The notes beneath the pieces are model-generated. The model had not been told where the DNA came from and did not search any database. It worked only from the letters and a program-made list of their open reading frames with translations. From contig JAHYJP010000001.1 in assembly GCA_019429055.1 (NCBI GenBank), positions 1 through 60,684 of the forward strand: a stretch of DNA of 60,684 bases, written 5' to 3'. The position numbers and the translations under genes are program-made. The DNA is from Bacteroidales bacterium (lineage in GTDB: Bacteria; Bacteroidota; Bacteroidia; Bacteroidales; UBA7960). This document shows, one piece after another, positions 54,486 through 60,684 of this stretch (positions are counted from its first letter, which is position 1; each line of letters starts with the position of its first letter).

Positions 54486-57400
54486 ATGAAAAAGAAATTT
54501 TCCGGTATATCATCGTGGGCGGTTGAGCATCCCATCGGCACCATGTCGCTGGCTGCCGCACTTATCATCATTGGTATTTTATTTTCGGGCCGGCTGCCTA
54601 TGAGCCTGCTACCCGAGGTAGCCTACCCTCACATTCGTGTGGTGGTAAACTACCCTGGAGTAACGCCCGAAGTCATTGAAGAACAACTAACCCGGGTGCT
54701 CGAAAAAAACCTGTCGGCCACTGAAAATCTGGCCGAACTCCATGGACGAGCATCTGAAGGCCGTACGTATATCGAAATGTTTTTTGAAGTGGGAACCGAC
54801 ATTGATATTGCCCTTCAGGATGCCGCCCGCCAGCTCGAAAGGGCCCGCGCCGAACTTCCCCAGGGCATCGATCCGCCAAGACTGATGAAGATGGACCCAT
54901 CGCAAAACCCCGTTTTCGAAATGGCTTTCAGCAGTCCGGTACGATCGCCCATCGAACTGCGCGACTGGGTTCAGCAGCGACTGCTGCCACAATTGCTTAC
55001 CGTACCCGGCACCGGAACCATAGAAGTGGCCGGTGGAAAAGAACGGGAAATTGACGTGGAAGTGGATCCCGAGCGGATGCGCTCCTATGGCATCAGTCTC
55101 ACCCATATCACCACTGCCCTTGCCGGACGAAATGTGGATATTGCTTCGGGAAATATTACCTCCGCAGAATACGATGTGCTGGCCCGTACCGAAAACCGCT
55201 ACAAAGACGCAAGGCAGGTAGCCAACACCATTATCAACATTCCCAATTCCAATAAATACATTCGTTTGTCGGATGTTGCAACTGTAACAGACAGCCACCG
55301 CGAACAAAGGCTTTTTGCCCGGCATAATGGCAATGAAGCGGTGCAGCTCAGTGTAATGAAACAACCCGATGCCAATACGGTGGAAGTGATCCGTGGGCTT
55401 GAGCGTACGCTGAATTCACTCAGACAATCGGGCTTTATCACTGATGATATTGAATTTGAAACCATTCGCAACGAATCTTTTTTCATTCTGGCATCTATCC
55501 GATCCGTGAGCTCTGCAGCCATTGCCGGCGGACTGCTTGCCATGCTGGTAATATTGCTTTTCCTGGGAAGTCTGCGCCGTTCCCTCATTATCGGTATCAC
55601 TTTGCCCATTGCTATTATTGCCACCTTCCTGCTGATGAATGTAGCAGGATTGAGTCTTAACGTGCTCAGCCTGGGTGGACTGGCACTGGGAATCGGGCTT
55701 TTGCTCGACAACGGACTAGTAATGCTGGAAAACATTTACCGCTACCAGCAAATGCAGGACAAAGACCCCAAAGAAGCTGCCCACGAAGGTGCTATCGAGG
55801 TCAGAAGCGCCATCATTGCCGGTACGATGACCAACCTGGCTGCAGTGGTTCCCTTTCTCTTGCTGAGCGGACTGGCCGCCCTGATCTTCCGGGAACTCAT
55901 TCTCACCATATCTTTCTCTATCCTTGCATCGCTGATGCTGGCACTTACAATTGTACCCTCTCTGGCAGCACTGCTGGGTGCCTACAAAGGCAAAAGCAGA
56001 ATAGAGAATACCTGGATTTTTCGCAGTTTCAGCCATGGCGTTGAAAACCTGAGAAACTGGTACCGCAGGCAGATTGAGAAGGTGATCCGGAGAAGATACA
56101 TTCTTATTGGTGTTTCATTGGCTTTACTGGTGGGAAGTATCTTCCTGATGAGAGATCTGGGAAGTGAATTTCTGCCAGCAGTGGACGACGGACGCATTAC
56201 CATGCGTTTTGTGCTTCCCTTGGGTACTGCACCCGAACCCACCCACGAAGTGGCTCAGATACTGGAAGAAAAAATTGCTGAAATGCCCCACGTAGAAACC
56301 GTTTATCTCACTGCAGGAGGTTATTTCAGGGGCGGACAGCTTTCCATCCGCGGCGGTATGATTGACATGGTGGTTCAGCTTACTGAACTCAGCGAACGAA
56401 GCGGATATTCTGCAGAGCGTTGGGTATCGGAATTCTCTGCCAAAGTGAAAGCACTGGGATTACCCTTTGTGCAGGAACGTATCCGCGGGCCGCGTATCGA
56501 AGGATTGAGAACCAGCATGGTGGATGATGATATTTCTGTCGGGATAACCGGCGAAGAACTGGATATACTGGAAGCAACTGCACGACGTATTCTGGATGAA
56601 GTACGTGCCATTGACGGAGTTGGAAGTGCCCAGATCGGTAACGATGAAAACATCCCACAGGTGATCATCCGGCTGGATGATGAAAGAGCTGCCGACCGGG
56701 GAATTTCAGTGGCAGAAGCGGGCAATGTTATCCGTACTTCGGTGGATGGCATGGTGCCCACCCGTTTTGTTACCGGCGGTTTCGAATACAACATCAGGGT
56801 AAGATTGCCCCGATCCGTTACCGGCACTGTTCGCGAAATGGCCAATATACCACTCTTCAATGTGGCAGGACAGCAAACCAACCTGGGCGCCATTGCCAGT
56901 TTTGAGTCCATCCTGGGGCCGGCACACATTGAGCGGCTTAACCAGATACGGATTGTAAGGGTAAACGCAACGGTAAACCTGGAAGAAGCCACTGTAGGTC
57001 AGGTAAATCAACGGGTGCAGGAAGCTCTGCAGGATTTTGACCTGCCCGATGGTTACAGTCTGATCTATGGAGGTGCTGCCGAACAGATCAGCGAATCCAA
57101 CCGAGCACTTCGGCTGGCCATTATTCTTGCTGTAGTATTTGTATTCCTTGTGATGGCCATTCAGTACGAACGCTTAACAAGTCCGCTGGTTATCATCGCA
57201 TCCCTGCCCTTTTCCATTATTGGTGCTGTTTTGATACTGTGGCTTACAGGCACGGCACTCAGTGCCCCGGTTCTGCTGGGGTTTATTTTCCTGGTGGGAA
57301 TTGTGGTGAATAATGCCATCCTGCTGGTGGAGTTTGCCGATCAGTATCGCCTTCAAAAAGAGATGGATGCCATTGAAGCCATCGCCGAAGCAGGTGCTGT

Positions 57401-57593
57401 TCGTTTACGTCCGGTCCTCATGACCACACTTACCACCATTTTCGGTATGCTGCCCCTGGCACTGGGGCTGGGCGAAGGCTCCGAACTTATGCAACCCCTG
57501 GCCCTTACCGTAATCGGAGGACTTACCCTGGGCACTTTCCTTACACTGGTTCTGGTGCCCGGTCTGTATGTAATTATCAGACGGGGGAAATAG
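54486..57593 (+). CDS. efflux RND transporter permease subunit (AcrB/CzcA superfamily)
   Basis: ATG at 54486 gives MKKKFSGISSWAVEHPIGTMSLAAALIIIG. The 1035-aa protein has 12 predicted TM helices in a 1+5 / 1+5 arrangement with two large periplasmic loops. The TM4-type motif is LGIGLLLDNGLVMLENI. Confidence 0.95.
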   Translation: MKKKFSGISSWAVEHPIGTMSLAAALIIIGILFSGRLPMSLLPEVAYPHIRVVVNYPGVTPEVIEEQLTRVLEKNLSATENLAELHGRASEGRTYIEMFFEVGTDIDIALQDAARQLERARAELPQGIDPPRLMKMDPSQNPVFEMAFSSPVRSPIELRDWVQQRLLPQLLTVPGTGTIEVAGGKEREIDVEVDPERMRSYGISLTHITTALAGRNVDIASGNITSAEYDVLARTENRYKDARQVANTIINIPNSNKYIRLSDVATVTDSHREQRLFARHNGNEAVQLSVMKQPDANTVEVIRGLERTLNSLRQSGFITDDIEFETIRNESFFILASIRSVSSAAIAGGLLAMLVILLFLGSLRRSLIIGITLPIAIIATFLLMNVAGLSLNVLSLGGLALGIGLLLDNGLVMLENIYRYQQMQDKDPKEAAHEGAIEVRSAIIAGTMTNLAAVVPFLLLSGLAALIFRELILTISFSILASLMLALTIVPSLAALLGAYKGKSRIENTWIFRSFSHGVENLRNWYRRQIEKVIRRRYILIGVSLALLVGSIFLMRDLGSEFLPAVDDGRITMRFVLPLGTAPEPTHEVAQILEEKIAEMPHVETVYLTAGGYFRGGQLSIRGGMIDMVVQLTELSERSGYSAERWVSEFSAKVKALGLPFVQERIRGPRIEGLRTSMVDDDISVGITGEELDILEATARRILDEVRAIDGVGSAQIGNDENIPQVIIRLDDERAADRGISVAEAGNVIRTSVDGMVPTRFVTGGFEYNIRVRLPRSVTGTVREMANIPLFNVAGQQTNLGAIASFESILGPAHIERLNQIRIVRVNATVNLEEATVGQVNQRVQEALQDFDLPDGYSLIYGGAAEQISESNRALRLAIILAVVFVFLVMAIQYERLTSPLVIIASLPFSIIGAVLILWLTGTALSAPVLLGFIFLVGIVVNNAILLVEFADQYRLQKEMDAIEAIAEAGAVRLRPVLMTTLTTIFGMLPLALGLGEGSELMQPLALTVIGGLTLGTFLTLVLVPGLYVIIRRGK

Positions 57594-57622
57594 ATTCCTG
57601 ACCCGAAGCATTAAAGAAGCTA

Positions 57623-59299
57623 TCAGGCAACATTTGCCTTTTTGCTGTCGTGCACATCAGAAACAGCTCTTCCCGAAGGATCGGCATTGTTTCGGAAACT
57701 CTCATCCCACGCAAGGGCATCGGCGGTACTGCATGCAATGGAAGGCACCGAAGGAACACAGGCAGCTGCTTCCGACGACGGAAAATGTTCAGTGAATATT
57801 TCGCGGTACATGTACTCTTCCTTGGTCATAGGAGTATTTACGGGAAAACGGAATGCGGCATTGTGCATCTGCTCATCAGTTACTTTATCATTGGCAAGCT
57901 GCTTTAAAGTGTCAATCCAGCTGTAGCCAACCCCATCCGAAAACTGTTCTTTTTGTCTCCAGGCAACGCTTTCGGGCAAATAATCCTCAAAAGCTTTACG
58001 AAGCACCCACTTCTCCATACGTCCATCTTTTGAAAGCTTATCAGCAGGATTCATGCGCATAGCAATATCAATAAATTCCTTATCCAGGAAAGGTACCCTG
58101 CCTTCTACACCCCATGCTGCAAGGGATTTGTTGGCCCTGAGGCAGTCGTAGAGATGCAGTTTATTTACTTTTCTCAGGGTTTCTTCGTGCAGAGCTTTTG
58201 CATCCGGCGCTTTATGAAAATAGAGGTATCCGCCAAAAATTTCATCAGCACCCTCGCCGGTGAGCACCATTTTTATGCCCATGGATTTGATTACCCTGGC
58301 CATAAGGTACATGGGAGTGGAAGCCCTTACGGTGGTAACATCGTAGGTTTCCAGGTGATAAATCACATCATGCACAGCGTCCAGACCTTCCTGAATGGTA
58401 TATTTTACTTCATGATGAATGGAGCCGATGTGCTCTGCCACTTTGCGGGCAGCAGCAAGATCGGGGGAGCCTTCCAGTCCTATCACAAAAGAATGTAGTT
58501 GCGGCCACCATGCATCCTGGGCATCCTGGGTTTCTATACGGCGCGCAGCATATTTTTTGGCAATGGCAGAAATGATGGAAGAATCAAGTCCGCCCGAAAG
58601 CAGCACACCATAGGGCACATCCGACATCAGTTGCCGGTGAACAGCATCTTCCAGGGCTTTTCTTAATTGAGCAATATCGGTGGTGTTATCCTTAACGTTG
58701 TCATACTCCATCCAATCACGTTTGTACCACTGTTGGGGTTCACTGTCATTACTGGTAAGATAATGGCCCGGAGGAAATTCCTGGATCCTCGTGCAATAGC
58801 CTTCAAGGGCTTTTAGCTCGGAACTCACATAAAACTGTCCGTATTGATCCCACCCCATATAAAGCGGAATGATGCCAATATGGTCGCGGGCAACCATGTA
58901 GGAGTTGTTTTTACGGTCGTAAATACAAAAACCAAAAATACCGTTCAGCTCATCCAGAAACGCAGGCCCCTGCTCTGCGTAAAGAGCAAGAATTACTTCA
59001 CAATCAGAGCCGGTAAGGAATTCGTAGGAATCGCCGATACGGTTTCTGATCTCCATATGATTATAGATTTCACCATTAACGGAAAGAACCAGGTTATTAT
59101 CTTTGCTCAACAGAGGCTGTCCTCCGGAGGCGGGGTCAACAATAGAGAGGCGTTCATGCGCCAGCAGAGCATTCTCGCAGGAGAAGAGTCCGCTCCAGTC
59201 AGGACCACGATGCCGAACTTTTTTCGACATTTCCAGTACCTGCCTGCGCAATACCTCGCCGGGTCGTTTTACATCAAATACACATACGATCCCACACAT
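57623..59299 (-). CDS. asnB: asparagine synthase B (glutamine-hydrolysing)
   Basis: N-terminal nucleophile is MCGI and the PP-loop is LLSGGLDSS. The 558-aa protein also has conserved LTGEGADEIFGGYLYFH. Confidence 0.95.
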   Translation of the reverse strand: MCGIVCVFDVKRPGEVLRRQVLEMSKKVRHRGPDWSGLFSCENALLAHERLSIVDPASGGQPLLSKDNNLVLSVNGEIYNHMEIRNRIGDSYEFLTGSDCEVILALYAEQGPAFLDELNGIFGFCIYDRKNNSYMVARDHIGIIPLYMGWDQYGQFYVSSELKALEGYCTRIQEFPPGHYLTSNDSEPQQWYKRDWMEYDNVKDNTTDIAQLRKALEDAVHRQLMSDVPYGVLLSGGLDSSIISAIAKKYAARRIETQDAQDAWWPQLHSFVIGLEGSPDLAAARKVAEHIGSIHHEVKYTIQEGLDAVHDVIYHLETYDVTTVRASTPMYLMARVIKSMGIKMVLTGEGADEIFGGYLYFHKAPDAKALHEETLRKVNKLHLYDCLRANKSLAAWGVEGRVPFLDKEFIDIAMRMNPADKLSKDGRMEKWVLRKAFEDYLPESVAWRQKEQFSDGVGYSWIDTLKQLANDKVTDEQMHNAAFRFPVNTPMTKEEYMYREIFTEHFPSSEAAACVPSVPSIACSTADALAWDESFRNNADPSGRAVSDVHDSKKANVA

Positions 59300-59500
59300 A
59301 AGTAAATGGCTTTGGGATTAATAAATACGAATAAACTAAAAGGGTGGTTTCCAAACCAAATTAGGTGCAAAAGTACGATAATTTGCAAACAACACGAAAG
59401 TTTGAAACCACTGTTTACCCAAATTCATGCCAGATGGGTTAAGACCATAGTATCATTTTCAACCAATCCCGGGAAAATAAAATATTATCTTTGTTTAATC

Positions 59501-60607
59501 ATGAATGTAAACGGAATACACTACCGCACCATCTGGGTAAAGGAAACTGACCGCCAGGTAATTCAAATTATCGACCAGCGGCATTTGCCCCACCGGTTTG
59601 TGGTGGAAGACCTGTTGTCGGTGCAGGATGTGTTTACTGCAATAAAAGATATGCATGTGCGGGGAGCTGGATTGATAGGCGCAACGGCAGGTTATGGCAT
59701 GTATCTGGCTGCACTGGAAGCTTCGCGAAGTGATTCGTTTGATACATTTCTGGCAGAGGCAGCCGAAAAACTCAAATCGGCCCGCCCCACCGCAATGAAT
59801 CTTTTTTGGGCCGTGGATAAACAACTGGAAGCTACAAGCTCTGTAGCTTCTTTGGATGAGAAGATTTCCATGGCCCTTCAAACTGCCAAAGAAATTGCCG
59901 ATTCAGATGCCGAATACTGCCGCCGCATTGGCGAACACGGCGTTAAGCTCATTAAAGAGATCAGCCGCAGCAAAGGTGGCAAACCTGTAAATATACTCAC
60001 CCACTGCAACGCCGGCTGGCTGGCTTTTGTGGACTATGGCTCTGCCACTGCTCCCGTTTATGCTGCCCACGACAAAGGTATTGCTGTGCATGTGTGGGTA
60101 GATGAAACCCGTCCGCGCAACCAGGGCGCTGCCCTCACATGCTGGGAACTGGGCAACCATGGCGTACCGCACACCCTCATCACCGACAACGCCGGTGGCT
60201 ACCTCATGCAACAGGGAATGGTAGACCTGGTAATCGTGGGTTCCGACCGTACCACCCACACCGGCGATGTGGCCAATAAGGTTGGCACCTATCTGAAAGC
60301 CCTGGCCGCCCGCGACAACAACATCCCGTTTTATGTGGCCCTGCCCTCCTCCACTATCGACTGGCAAACGGAAGATGGCGTAAAGGAAATCCCTATCGAA
60401 CAGCGAGACCCCGATGAAGTGAAGTATGTGGAAGGCTGGTGCGATGATGAAGTTAAAAAAGTGCGCATCTGCCCCGAAACCAGCCCGGCAGCCAATTACG
60501 CCTTCGATATTACGCCGGCACGGCTGGTAACCGGAATCATCACGGAAAGGGGAATTTGTAAGGCGGAAAAGGAGGAGATTCTAGAGCTATTTCCGGAAAA
60601 AATATAA
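59501..60607 (+). CDS. mtnA: S-methyl-5-thioribose-1-phosphate isomerase (eIF-2B alpha/beta/delta family)
   Basis: ATG at 59501 gives MNVNGIHYRTIWVKETDRQVIQIIDQRHLPH. Motifs are RGAGLIGATAGYG, RPTAMNLFWA, THCNAG, ETRPRNQGA and VGSDRTTHTGDVANKVGTY. The upstream ORF extension (59306) lacks similarity. Confidence 0.9.
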   Translation: MNVNGIHYRTIWVKETDRQVIQIIDQRHLPHRFVVEDLLSVQDVFTAIKDMHVRGAGLIGATAGYGMYLAALEASRSDSFDTFLAEAAEKLKSARPTAMNLFWAVDKQLEATSSVASLDEKISMALQTAKEIADSDAEYCRRIGEHGVKLIKEISRSKGGKPVNILTHCNAGWLAFVDYGSATAPVYAAHDKGIAVHVWVDETRPRNQGAALTCWELGNHGVPHTLITDNAGGYLMQQGMVDLVIVGSDRTTHTGDVANKVGTYLKALAARDNNIPFYVALPSSTIDWQTEDGVKEIPIEQRDPDEVKYVEGWCDDEVKKVRICPETSPAANYAFDITPARLVTGIITERGICKAEKEEILELFPEKI

Positions 60608-60684
60608 AAATTCGAATATCGAATATCGAACCGAGGCGCAGCCGAGCTCAGTGAAGCTAAATCCGAAATAAAAAATCACAAATA

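Noticed and set aside
59306-59500. N-terminal ORF extensions produced by the ORF caller: mtnA from 59306, kinase from 7588, phosphorylase to 34958, susC to 42947, lipoprotein to 25816 and sufD to 15903
   Set aside because: The extensions lack similarity to the respective families. They would destroy signal peptides or overlap upstream genes. Internal ATGs give canonical N-termini, and several are supported by TAnnTTTG boxes.
1-60684. Search for tRNA/rRNA genes, integrases, transposases, phage genes, toxin-antitoxin pairs, and restriction-modification or cas operons
   Set aside because: None was recognised by eye in any frame or intergenic region. The only mobile-element-like signals are the short repeats reported as findings.

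Overview
The window is a chromosomal segment from a Bacteroidota genome. This is supported by a SusC/SusD pair, a T9SS C-terminal sorting domain, a DUF5686-type protein and TAnnTTTG -7 promoter boxes. No rRNA, tRNA, CRISPR array, integrase or transposase was seen.

Gene content from left to right:
- A hybrid sensor kinase co-transcribed with a methyltransferase.
- A DUF5686 protein, an M28 peptidase fused to a beta-barrel, a PfkB sugar kinase, a methyltransferase and a TonB-dependent receptor.
- A sufB-orf77-sufC-sufD-sufS operon followed by a tocopherol-cyclase-family gene.
- A relic of an FtsX-type permease.
- An OmpR-type two-component pair.
- A tiny promoter/19-aa ORF/terminator unit abutting an N-terminally truncated Fur-family gene and dps.
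- A T9SS-secreted protein.
- A stand-alone ATP-cone/PD-(D/E)xK nuclease fusion.
- An approximately 20 kb beta-1,3-glucan (laminarin-type) polysaccharide utilisation locus on the minus strand, spanning 25992-45619. It is preceded by a LuxR-type propeller sensor and a giant cytoplasmic GH13-family protein.
- A GC-richer block with an RND adaptor/pump pair, asnB and mtnA.

The most notable system is the PUL. Its order is SGBP-GH16-SusC-SusD, then a sugar porter, a clan GH-A lipoprotein, a roughly 1140-aa cytoplasmic GH94-clan (GH149-like) phosphorylase and two GH17/GPH-transporter pairs. No GH3 or GH30 beta-glucosidase is present.

Other observations worth a second look:
- The ATP-cone nuclease.
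- A four-copy 17-bp palindrome array with attenuator-like pairing between the RND adaptor and pump genes.
- The mini transcription unit in front of the truncated fur gene.
- Structured intergenic RNAs inside the PUL.

All family assignments rest on motifs read by eye. No database search was run.
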